A DNA stretch of 64,000 nt from Candidatus Deferrimicrobiaceae bacterium. GTDB taxonomy: Bacteria; Methylomirabilota; Methylomirabilia; Rokubacteriales; CSP1-6. Shown here piece by piece: positions 8,706 through 17,432 of the stretch (position 1 is the stretch's first letter; every line of letters begins with the position of its first letter). The notes beneath the pieces were generated by a model. It was not told where the DNA came from, searched no databases, and saw nothing but the letters and a program-made list of their open reading frames with translations. The translations under genes and the position numbers were made by a program. The DNA is taken from contig DATHSW010000003.1 in NCBI GenBank assembly GCA_035463855.1, forward strand, positions 1,892 to 65,891. The letters run 5' to 3'.

Positions 8706-10052
8706 ATGGGCATCGCCCTTGAGGACGGTTCTCGAGTGGGGGTCATCGGAGGAGGCCCCGCCGGGTCGCTGTTCGCGCAGTTCCTGCTGAACTTCGCCGA
8801 GCGGATGGAGCTACACCTCTCGGTCGATATCTACGAGCCCCGCGACTTCACCAAGCCGGGCCCGGCCGGCTGCAACATGTGCGGAGGTATTGTCTCCGAG
8901 TCCCTCGTCCAGGCTTTCGCCATCGAAGGCATCACCCTGCCGTCTGGCATCGTCCAGCGAGGAATCGACTCCTACGTGCTCCACACGGACACGGAAAGCC
9001 TCCGGATCGACACCCCGCTGCACGAGAAACGGATCGCGGCACTCCACCGAGGGGGTGGGCCGAGAGACATCAAGGAGATCAAGTGGGGGGGGCTCGACGG
9101 CTACCTGCTGACGCTGGCCCGGGACCTCGGAGCGAAGGTCGTGGCGGCGCGCGTCGGCGAGGTCGGCTGGGACGACGGGCGTCCGCAGGTGCGCCTCCCG
9201 GACCGGGCCGAGACCTACGACTTGCTCGTGGGCGCCACCGGCGTGAACTCGAGTGGTTGGCAGCTCTTCGAGGCGCTCGGGCTGCCCTCCAAGCGCTGCG
9301 AGACCACCAAGACCTACATCACCGAGCTCAACCTGGGCCATGAGGCGATCACGCGCCATTTCGGCAGCGCGATGCACATGTTTCTCCTGAACATCCCGCG
9401 GCTGGACTGTGCCGCGATTATCCCCAAGGGCGACTTCCTCACTATCTGTCTCCTGGGTCGGGACATCGACACCGCGTTGATCAGCGCCTTCTTCCAGAGC
9501 CCCGCGGTCAGGCGGTGCTTCCCCAGCACGTGGACCCTAGCGGAGGGCACCTGCCACTGCGCCCCGAAGATCAACATCCGCGAGGCGAGCCGGCCCTTCA
9601 TGGACCGCGTGGTGTTGCTGGGTGACTGCGGCGCGACCCGCCTCTACAAGGATGGTATCGGAGCCGCCTACCGCACCGCGAAGGCGGCCGCCCGGACCGC
9701 GATCTTCAGCGGGATCTCGGCCCAGGACTTTCAGCGGCACTACTGGCCGCTCTATCGCTCCATCGCGGTCGACAATCGATTCGGCTGGCTGATGTTCGAG
9801 GTCGTCCACCAGATGAAGGCCGTCCACCCGCTCCTCCGAGGCGTCATGCGAATGTCGGCGAAGGAACAGGCGGCCCCCGGCGCGGTCAGGCGCATGAGCA
9901 TCGTGCTCTGGGACATGTTCACGGGGAGCGCGCCCTACCGCGAGATCTTCGTCCGAACGCTGGATCCCCGATTCCTCGGCCGGTTGGCCTGGGAGAGCGC
10001 GCGGGCCCTCGGCAGCCGGAACCTGGCAACGGAAGTGGTGGCCCATGAATGA
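8706..10052 (+). CDS. FAD-dependent oxidoreductase (geranylgeranyl-reductase-like)
   Basis: VGVIGGGPAGS dinucleotide-binding motif and GPAGCNMCGG; 448 aa from ATG 8706; 8-nt overlap with the next gene. Confidence 0.85.
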   Translation: MGIALEDGSRVGVIGGGPAGSLFAQFLLNFAERMELHLSVDIYEPRDFTKPGPAGCNMCGGIVSESLVQAFAIEGITLPSGIVQRGIDSYVLHTDTESLRIDTPLHEKRIAALHRGGGPRDIKEIKWGGLDGYLLTLARDLGAKVVAARVGEVGWDDGRPQVRLPDRAETYDLLVGATGVNSSGWQLFEALGLPSKRCETTKTYITELNLGHEAITRHFGSAMHMFLLNIPRLDCAAIIPKGDFLTICLLGRDIDTALISAFFQSPAVRRCFPSTWTLAEGTCHCAPKINIREASRPFMDRVVLLGDCGATRLYKDGIGAAYRTAKAAARTAIFSGISAQDFQRHYWPLYRSIAVDNRFGWLMFEVVHQMKAVHPLLRGVMRMSAKEQAAPGAVRRMSIVLWDMFTGSAPYREIFVRTLDPRFLGRLAWESARALGSRNLATEVVAHE

Positions 10053-10641
10053 GGGCCTGCTCGGCAGGGAGTATGCCGACGGCGAGGTGATCTGCCGGGA
10101 GGGAGACCCGGGCGATCGCATGTACGTAATCCAGGCTGGCCGCGCGGCGGTCTGGCGCCAGGAGGGCGGTGTCGACATCAAGATCGGCGAACTGCAGAGC
10201 GGAGATGTCTTCGGTGAAATGTCGATTATTGACCGGAAGCCGCGCTCCGCCACCGTGTGCGCCAAAGGTCGAGCGCGAGTCCTCACCCTCGACAAGCGCG
10301 CGTTCCTGCGGGGCGTGCATGAGGATCCGTCTCTGGCCTACCGGGTCCTCCAGGCAATGTCTCAGCGAATCCGTCGGCGGGACGAGGAACTGTCGCTGCT
10401 GAAACGCTGTCCGGCCCTGGCGGGGGGACCGTCATGGGTGTTGCTGGTGGTGTCGCGTGATCACCCTGAGCTCTGCGATGACCTCCTCCGGAAGTACCCT
10501 CCCGCGAGCGGCGTCCAGGTTTTCCTGGACCGGCGCCTCGTGGAGCGCAGGCAGCGGATCGAGCCGCACCATGCTGAGCGACGCCACGCCGATCGCCGCA
10601 GGCCTCCACAGGGCTGGACGCTTCACCTCGCCCAGCGATGA
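10045..10641 (+). CDS. Cyclic nucleotide-binding domain protein with Arg-rich C-terminal tail
   Basis: GDPGDRMYVIQAGR...GDVFGEMSIIDRKPRSATV is the canonical cNMP-binding cassette. No HTH seen; the tail reads DRRLVERRQRIEPHHAERRHADRRR. Confidence 0.85.
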   Translation: MNEGLLGREYADGEVICREGDPGDRMYVIQAGRAAVWRQEGGVDIKIGELQSGDVFGEMSIIDRKPRSATVCAKGRARVLTLDKRAFLRGVHEDPSLAYRVLQAMSQRIRRRDEELSLLKRCPALAGGPSWVLLVVSRDHPELCDDLLRKYPPASGVQVFLDRRLVERRQRIEPHHAERRHADRRRPPQGWTLHLAQR

Positions 10642-10689
10642 TCCCGGTCTCGATGTAGAGCCGTCCGATCAGGCAGGAGACCTGAACAC

Positions 10690-13401
10690 ATGGCAGAGGC
10701 TGGCGGCCGAGTCGAAGACGTCCGGGCCGGTACCTCTCCGCCGCGTCTGCCCACCGGCGTCCTGACCTTCCTCCTGACCGACATCGAGGGCAGCACCGCA
10801 CTGTGGGAACGCCAGCCCGACGCCATGCGCCAGGCCCTGGTCCGTCACGACCTAGTGGTCCAGACACACGTCGAGTGCCACGGGGGCGTCTTCGTCCGGC
10901 CGCGCGGGGAAGGGGATAGCCGCTTCGCCGTCTTCGTGCTCGCGACCGACGCGGTCGCCTCCGCGTGCGCGCTCCAGCAAGCGCTGGGCTCGCAGCCCTG
11001 GGAAACGCCGATCCCCCTGCGCGTTCGGATGGCGCTGCATACCGGCGAAGCGGGCCTGCGCGAGGGCGACTACTACGGCCCAGCGGTCAATCGGTGCGCC
11101 CGGCTCCGCACGGTGGCGCATGGCGGGCAAGTCCTGCTCTCGCAGGCGACGGCTCACCTGGTGCGCGACGCTCTTCCTGACGGGGCCCGCCTGCGCGATC
11201 TGGGCGAGCACCGGCTCAAAGACCTGGCGAGGCCGGAGCGCATCCACGAACTCGTTGCTCCCGGCGTCGCCACCGATTTTCCGCCGCTGAGGGCGCCCGG
11301 CGGGAGGTCTCAGGCCCTGCCGCTGCCGCCCACGCCGTTCATCGGGCGCGAGAAGGAGATCGCGGCCGCCAGGGCGCTTTTGTGGCGCGATGAGGTCCGT
11401 CTGGTCACGTTCGTCGGCGTCGGGGGAACCGGCAAGACCCGGCTGGCCCTGCAGGTGGCCCTCGAGCGCGGTGACGCGTTCGAGGACGGCGTGCTCTTCG
11501 TCCCGCTGGCGCCGATTGCCGACCCCGCCCTGGTCGCCGCGGCGGTGGCCGAAAGCCTCGGATCGCTCGATGTGCGGGAGAACCGGGGCCAGTCACTGCT
11601 GGACAGCCTGAAGGAGGCGCTGCACGGCAAGCAGATGCTTGTCGTGCTCGACAACTTCGAGCACGTGATCGCCGCCGCGCCCGTGGTGGGGGACCTGCTG
11701 GCCGCGGCGCCCAGGATCAAGATCCTCGTGACGAGCCGCGAGCCATTGCATGTGCGCGGCGAGCACGAGTTCCCGGTGCCGCCACTGGCCCTCCCCAACC
11801 GCACGCCCGGGCCACCCCTGGGGGACCTGGGCCACTACGAGGCGGTCCGCCTGTTCGTCGAGCGGGCCACCGCGGTGAAGCCGGATTTCGCCCTGACGAA
11901 CGAGACGGCCCCCGCCGTGGCGGAGATCTGCCAGCGTCTCGATGGCCTGCCTCTGGCGATCGAGCTCGCCGCCGTCCGCATCAAGGTGCTCTCGCCCCAG
12001 GCGATGCTGGCGCGGCTGAGCAACCGGCTGAAGCTGCTGACCGGAGGCGCGCGTGACCTGCCGGCCCGACAGCAGACGCTTCGCAACACGATCGAGTGGA
12101 GCCACAGCCTCCTGACCGAGAACGAGAAGCGGTTGTTCCGGCGGCTGCCCGTCTTCGTCGGCGGCTGCACGCTCGACGCGGCCGAGGCGGTATGCAATGT
12201 CGGAGGCGAGCTGGAAATCGTGGATCTGATGGCGTCTCTAGTGGACAAGAATCTCGTGCGTCTCGCGGAGCGGGACGGTCACCCACGTCTCGGCATGCTG
12301 GAGACGATCCGCGAGTACGCGCTGGAGCAGATGGCGGCGAGCGGGGAGGCGGCGGTGGTGCGCCAGGCTCACGCCGACTACTTCGTGCGCGTCGCCGAGG
12401 AGGCGGAACGCCACCTCAACGGCCCGCAGGAGACAGAGACAGAGTGGCTGGTCCGGCTGGAGGCGGCGCACGGCGACTTCCGCGCGGCCCTCGCCTGGCA
12501 CCGGGAGCGGGGGGACATCGAGGCCGGGCTGCGCTTCGCCGGAGCGCTGCAGCGGTTCTGGTTCGTGCGCGGCTATCTGAGCGAGGGGCGGGCGTGGCTG
12601 GGGAGTCTCCTGACGGCGGGCGGCACGCCGGCCTCCGCCTCACGGGCCAAGGCGACGTACGGGGCCTGCCAACTGGCCTGGGCGCACGGGGACTTCCCAC
12701 AGGCGACCGTGCTGGGTCAGGAAGCGCTTGCGCTCACCCGGGCCATCGGCGACCGGGGCGGTATGGCAGTGTCGCTGATGCTGCTCGGTGTCGTGGCCTG
12801 GACTCTGAACTTGGACTACGAGCGCAGCAAGCCGTTGCTGGAGGAGAGCCTAGCGCTGTTCCGCGAGGTGGACGACCGCTGGTACCCCTCGAACGTGCTG
12901 ACGAACCTCGGGCTGGTGGCGGAGCGCCAGGGGGATTACGCGCGCGCCCAGGCGCTCATCGAGGAGGCCCTGGCCGGGGCACGGGAATGGGGTAATCGTC
13001 GCGCGATCGCCTTCTCGCTCATGGGCCTTGGCATCGTTGCCCTGTCGCAGGGCGCGTATGACCGAGCGACAACGGCGTTGCAGGAGAGCGTCATCCTGCT
13101 CCGGGAGACTGGCCACAAGCTCTTCCTCTTCTACTGTCTGAGCCTGCTGGTCCGAACCGCGGCGGGTCGGAGCCAGCTCGAGCGGGCCGCGCGCCTCCTG
13201 GGCGCGATGCAGGCGCTGGGGGACACCATCAATGCCCCCATGGCGGGGGCCTACGCGGAGGATCTTCGGAATGCCGTGACCGCCGTGCTGGCCGGGCTGG
13301 GCGAGGAGGCGTTCGGGCGAGCGTTTGCGGAAGGTCGAGCGATGCCACTGGAGCCGGCCTTCGCCTATGCGCTGGAAGGGTATACCCCTCCGCACGCATG
13401 A
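10690..13401 (+). CDS. Class III adenylate/guanylate cyclase - P-loop NTPase (NB-ARC/AAA-like) - TPR protein
   Basis: FLLTDIEGSTALWE, GEGDSRFAVF, ALHTGEA and GPAVNRCARL are cyclase motifs. GVGGTGKTRLA is Walker A and LVVLDNFEH is Walker B. The C-terminus has TPR-like repeats and no terminal HTH. Confidence 0.9.
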   Translation: MAEAGGRVEDVRAGTSPPRLPTGVLTFLLTDIEGSTALWERQPDAMRQALVRHDLVVQTHVECHGGVFVRPRGEGDSRFAVFVLATDAVASACALQQALGSQPWETPIPLRVRMALHTGEAGLREGDYYGPAVNRCARLRTVAHGGQVLLSQATAHLVRDALPDGARLRDLGEHRLKDLARPERIHELVAPGVATDFPPLRAPGGRSQALPLPPTPFIGREKEIAAARALLWRDEVRLVTFVGVGGTGKTRLALQVALERGDAFEDGVLFVPLAPIADPALVAAAVAESLGSLDVRENRGQSLLDSLKEALHGKQMLVVLDNFEHVIAAAPVVGDLLAAAPRIKILVTSREPLHVRGEHEFPVPPLALPNRTPGPPLGDLGHYEAVRLFVERATAVKPDFALTNETAPAVAEICQRLDGLPLAIELAAVRIKVLSPQAMLARLSNRLKLLTGGARDLPARQQTLRNTIEWSHSLLTENEKRLFRRLPVFVGGCTLDAAEAVCNVGGELEIVDLMASLVDKNLVRLAERDGHPRLGMLETIREYALEQMAASGEAAVVRQAHADYFVRVAEEAERHLNGPQETETEWLVRLEAAHGDFRAALAWHRERGDIEAGLRFAGALQRFWFVRGYLSEGRAWLGSLLTAGGTPASASRAKATYGACQLAWAHGDFPQATVLGQEALALTRAIGDRGGMAVSLMLLGVVAWTLNLDYERSKPLLEESLALFREVDDRWYPSNVLTNLGLVAERQGDYARAQALIEEALAGAREWGNRRAIAFSLMGLGIVALSQGAYDRATTALQESVILLRETGHKLFLFYCLSLLVRTAAGRSQLERAARLLGAMQALGDTINAPMAGAYAEDLRNAVTAVLAGLGEEAFGRAFAEGRAMPLEPAFAYALEGYTPPHA

Positions 13402-13464
13402 CCCCGAGGCCTCGTCCTTCCCGGACGCCGCCTGTCGTATCGGGACGCTCGGTCGGAGCGGGCC

Positions 13465-13857
13465 TCAGTCCGCGGCCTGACCGGTCCGCTTGAGGCGAAC
13501 GACCTCGTGCGTGAGCTGACGCAGCCGCTGTGACAGCGTCTGAATCAACCGGTAGCCCAGCGATGGGTCCTCGTGGATCCGCTGGAGCAGGTTCTTCCGG
13601 TCGACGGTCAAGACCCGGGTCCGCTCCATCGCGCGCACCGTGGCCATCCGGACCTCGCGCTCGAAGAGCGCCATCTCGCCGACGCACTCCCCGGCCGCGC
13701 GGTCCGCGATCTTGATCGGCCGCCCGCCCTGGTCGATCACGATCTCGACCCGGCCCTCTTGGATGACGAACATGCAATCGCCGGGGTCGCCCTGGCTGAA
13801 GAGCGTCTCCCCCGGCTCCAGTACCCGGCCCAGTTCGCCCGCCTCCATGGTCTTCAC
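13465..13857 (-). CDS. Cyclic nucleotide-binding domain protein (stand-alone, 130 aa)
   Basis: GDPGDCMFVIQEGR...GECVGEMALFEREVRMATV cassette. Confidence 0.9.
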   Translation of the reverse strand: MKTMEAGELGRVLEPGETLFSQGDPGDCMFVIQEGRVEIVIDQGGRPIKIADRAAGECVGEMALFEREVRMATVRAMERTRVLTVDRKNLLQRIHEDPSLGYRLIQTLSQRLRQLTHEVVRLKRTGQAAD

Positions 13858-13953
13858 CTTTCCGGCCTACGCGTCCCGACGCGGCGCCGGCGGCGTGCGG
13901 CGTCCTGCCATCAAGGAGGCGAGACTAATATACCAGCCGTGCACTCCGGTCAA

Positions 13954-13970
13954 GTACCAGTTCACCTCGG
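13954..13970. repeat. Left flanking direct repeat of the IS (GTACCAGTTCACCTCGG)
   Basis: Matches 15289-15305 (GTACCGGTTCACCTCGG) at 16 of 17 positions; lies immediately outside the terminal inverted repeats. Confidence 0.7.
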
Positions 13971-15288
13971 TGTTGGGGATATGTGATCTGACCGCTCGGG
14001 AGGGAACCGTGAAATGACCGCTTCAGCCGCGTGGGGTGGCAGGAATGGCTACCGCGGAGGTGGCCATGCTCTATCCATCCGGCGCCGTGGAGCGCGCCAT
14101 GAAGGTCCACGAAGTGATCATGCGAGCCCTGGACGGGCAGCTCACCTGGATTCAAGCCGCCGAGATCCTGGGCCGCAGCCCCCGCAGCATCCGGCGGCTG
14201 CGGCGGAAGCTGCAGCGCGACGGCTATGATGGGATCGCCGCCGTCAGGTGCCCTCACCGAGGCGGGCCCCCGTGGTCGAGGTCCAACGCCTGCTCGCGCT
14301 CTACCGCGACCGCTACCAGGGGTTCAATGTGCGGCACTTCCACCAGCTCGCCCGGCGTCAGCACGGCGTCCGCTTCTCCTATGCCTTCGTCAAGAAGGCC
14401 CTGCAGAGTGCGGGCCTCGTGCCCAAGCACCGCCCCCGCGGCCGCCACCGGCGCCGCCGCGTTCGGCGAGCTGTTGCATCTCGACGGCAGTCGCCATCGC
14501 TGGCTCGCCCAGGTCCCCGACCAGTAGCTCACCTTCATCGCCGTCGTCGACGATGCCACCAAGCGCCTGCTCCATGCCGAGCTCTGGGACAGCGGGGAAA
14601 GCGTCGTGGCCATCATGACCGCCCTGCGGGCGGTCCTCGAGCGCCACGGCTTGCCCATGGCCCTGTACACCGACCGCGCCCATTGGGCCGTCCACACCCC
14701 GGTGGCGGGCAACGCCCCGGATCGCCGGCGCCTGACCCAGGTCGGCCGCACCCTCGCCCGCCTGGGGATCGAACACATCCTGGGCTACTCGCCGGCGGCC
14801 CGCGGCCGCAGTTGCGCGTCAACCGCACCCTGCAGGATCGCCTCGTCAACGAGCTCCGCCTGGCCGACATCACCACGGTGCCTGTCGCCAACCGCTACCT
14901 GCGCGAGCGGTTCCTGCCCGCGTTCAACCGGGAGTTCGGGCGGCCCCCGGTTGATCCGGCGCCCGCCTTCGTCCCGCTCCGCCGCGTCGATCTCGATCAG
15001 ATCCTCTGCGTCGAGGAGGACCGCGTCGTCAGCCGCGACAATGTGGTCACCGTCGATCGCGTGGCCCTGCAGCTGGCCAAGCAGCCCGGCCGCCGCACCT
15101 GCGCGGGTCTCCGCGTCCTCGTCCGCCGGCATTTCCCCGGGCACTACTCCGTCTGGTACGGCGCCCGCTGCCTGGGGCGTTACGACGGCCAAGGCCGTGC
15201 GCTGCGCGCGGCCTGACTCGCCCATGCCGTTCACCAAGCGGTCATTTCTGGTGTCAAACAGTTGCGGTCAGATCACGTACCAGCAACA
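13971..15288 (+). mobile_element. Decayed ISNCY-family (IS1202-group-like) insertion sequence
   Basis: Terminal inverted repeats TGTTGGGGATATGTGATCTGACCGC and GCGGTCAGATCACGTACCAGCAACA enclose a frameshifted transposase reading frame. Confidence 0.75.
14036..15216 (+). pseudogene. ISNCY/IS1202-group transposase, multiply frameshifted
   Basis: Recognisable segments are spread over three frames: HEVIMRALDGQLTWIQAAEILGRSPRSIRRLRRKL (HTH), LYRDRYQGFNVRHFH, FGELLHLDGSRH, IAVVDDATKRLL...LYTDRAHW, GIEHILGYSPAARGRS, RVNRTLQDRLVNELRLA and VSRDNVVTVDR. Confidence 0.8.
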
Positions 15289-15305
15289 GTACCGGTTCAC
15301 CTCGG
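15289..15305. repeat. Right flanking direct repeat of the IS
   Basis: See 13954-13970. Confidence 0.7.
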
Positions 15306-15572
15306 CAGGCTCCGGGTCGGCGACGACCCGCCGCGCCATGCTCCGAGTCCCCTCGCGTGCGGCCCTGTCACCATATCCATGATGCTCGATCAGGTTCCTG
15401 ACATTCGATCTCCCCACCTGCCTATGGGCCCAGGCACCAGTCGATCGGACATGGCATCGTTGTAGGGTGGTGGCTCAGACTGGCCTGGCGGGCCAGGAGC
15501 GGGTCACCCGGGCGGGGAAAATCTCGACAGCGGTCTCCTGGTGGGGGGGACGGTGGCGGAGTTGGCGGCGGG

Positions 15573-16389
15573 ATGGCTCGTGCGGTTGCCACGATGATCA
15601 CGCTCCTGAGTTCGTCCGTGGTGGTCGCATTGGCCGAGATGGGCGACAAGACGCAGTTGATCGCGCTGATACTGGGGCTGCGGTATCGTCGGCCATGGAT
15701 CGTCATGACCGGGATCCTGATCGCAACTGTGCGCAACCATGCGCTCGCGCCGGCGGTCGTGTGGGGAGCGGCGCGATTCGACAGGCAGGTGCTCGAGCTA
15801 GTCCTCAGTGTGAGCTTCATCGCATTTGGGTTGTGGACCCTCGTGCCGGATCGTGCCGCGGCGGCCGCCGAAAGTCATTACTGGGGTCCTCTGGTGAGCA
15901 CGACGCTGGTGTTCTTCTTTGCCGAGATGGGGGACAAGACACTGCTGGCGACGCTGGCTCGGCGCACGTTTCGGATCGCCCGTGCTCGTCACGGCTGGCA
16001 CGACGGTTGGCATGCTTGTCGCTGACGGTGTGGCTGTCTTTGCCGGGAGTCACCTCGGCGAGCGCGTGCCGATGGCGCTGTTTCGGCGCTTGGCGGCCGC
16101 GCTCTTCTTTGTGTTTGGCATCGTGTCGTTAACCTCGGCCGTGGGGGTTGCTATAGCGGGGCGAGGAGGCCGACCCTTCAGGGTGACGCAGCGGGGTCTG
16201 GGCCGGATCTCGAAGTGGAACTCGAGCGACCTGTTCGTAGGCAAGTGGGTGCGGGCCCGCGCAACGCGTCTAGATCAAGTCAACCTCGAAGCTGAGCATC
16301 TTTGGTATCGGTGCTTGCGGGCCCCCGATTTGAACCAGCGAAATTGGCCGGCGACGATCCAGGCGTGTTACCAACCGTTCGGTTGGTAA
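15573..16389 (+). pseudogene. GDT1/TMEM165 (UPF0016) family membrane protein, one frameshift near 15960
   Basis: Two E-x-G-D-K-T motifs are present (AEMGDKTQLIA and AEMGDKTLLATLA). The expected continuation ARFGSPVLVTAGTTVGMLVADGVAVFAG is in the +1 frame (track ORF 15919..16389). Confidence 0.7.
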
Positions 16390-16390
16390 C
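16367..16390. repeat. 24-bp palindrome GTTACCAACCGTTCGGTTGGTAAC (copy 2; extra GGCGT on the island side)
   Basis: Partner of 7139-7162. Confidence 0.85.
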
Positions 16391-16504
16391 GTCCTAGCCG
16401 GTCCTCATGCAGTCAAGCCGGCGAGAAACCTGGGTTAGAAGCAAGGCATGCAGGACGCGACTCCATGAAGGTGATAGGATGTCGAGGCGAAAGGAGCACA
16501 TCCC

Positions 16505-17428
16505 GTGAGCACACCCGACCGCATCACCGGCGTCCTCTCCCCGGTCGTCACCCCGTTCAAGGCCGACCTCTCCCCCGATCCCGAGCGCTTCGTGCGCCAG
16601 TGCCGCTGGCTGCTCTCGCAGGACGTGGGGCTCGCGGTGTTCGGGACGAACTCGGAGGCCAACTCGCTCTCGACCGACGAGAAGGTGGAGCTGCTGGACC
16701 GCCTGGTGGCGGGCGGCATCGATCCGGGGCGGCTCATGCCGGGCACCGGCTGCTGCGCGCTGACCGACTCGGTGCGGCTCACCGCGCACGCCATGAAGCT
16801 GGGGGCGGGCGGGGTGCTGATGCTGCCGCCGTTCTACTACAAGGGCGTCTCCGACGACGGGCTCTTCAAGAGCTTCGCGGAGGTGATCGAGCGGGTCGGC
16901 GACCGGCGGCTGCGCGTGTACCTCTACCACATCCCGCCGGTATCGCAGGTCCCGATCACGCGGGGGCTGATCGAGCGGCTGCTCAAGGCCTATCCGGGCA
17001 TCGTGGCCGGCATGAAGGACAGCTCGGGCGACTGGAACAACACCAAGGCGATGCTGGACGCCTTCGCGGCGGGGGGCTTCGACGTCTTCGCGGGCAGCGA
17101 GACGTTCCTGCTCGCCAACATGCGCAACGGCGGCGCCGGCTGCATCAGCGCCACCGCCAACGTCAATCCCGGGCCCATCGCGCGCCTGTTCCGCGAGTGG
17201 CAGACCCCTGAGGCCGACGCCCAGCAGGCGCGCCTCGACGAGATCCGCGGCATCATGCAGCGCTACCCGATGATCCCCGCGCTCAAGGCGGTCATCGCCC
17301 GCTACGGCGGCGACGGCGCGTGGGTCACGGTGCGGCCGCCGCTGGTGGCGCTCACCCCCGAGCAGCGCGCGGCGCTCGCCGCCGAGCTCGGGCGCGCCGC
17401 CTTCACCATGCCGGGACTCGGGGAGTAG
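16505..17428 (+). CDS. Dihydrodipicolinate synthase (DapA/NAL) family lyase
   Basis: GVLSPVVTPF...GTNSEANSLS...YLYHIP...GMKDSSGD with Schiff-base Lys context; GTG start with AAGGAG upstream. Confidence 0.9.
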   Translation: MSTPDRITGVLSPVVTPFKADLSPDPERFVRQCRWLLSQDVGLAVFGTNSEANSLSTDEKVELLDRLVAGGIDPGRLMPGTGCCALTDSVRLTAHAMKLGAGGVLMLPPFYYKGVSDDGLFKSFAEVIERVGDRRLRVYLYHIPPVSQVPITRGLIERLLKAYPGIVAGMKDSSGDWNNTKAMLDAFAAGGFDVFAGSETFLLANMRNGGAGCISATANVNPGPIARLFREWQTPEADAQQARLDEIRGIMQRYPMIPALKAVIARYGGDGAWVTVRPPLVALTPEQRAALAAELGRAAFTMPGLGE

Positions 17429-17432
17429 CGCG

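Noticed and set aside
7768-8790. 340-aa plus-strand ORF across the island gap
   Set aside because: It overlaps the P-II gene antisense, has Ser/Arg/Pro-rich composition and shows no motif. It is treated as non-coding or decayed sequence.
15306-15572. Mn2+ (yybP-ykoY) riboswitch upstream of the GDT1/UPF0016 gene
   Set aside because: This family is often riboswitch-controlled, but I could not find the conserved GGGGAGUAG and UUGACA...AGACC cores in this leader on either strand.
16321-16345. tRNA 3'-end fragment (GATTTGAACC resembles a reverse-strand T-loop) as an island integration scar
   Set aside because: The flanking bases cannot form a T-stem or acceptor stem, so this is probably a chance match.
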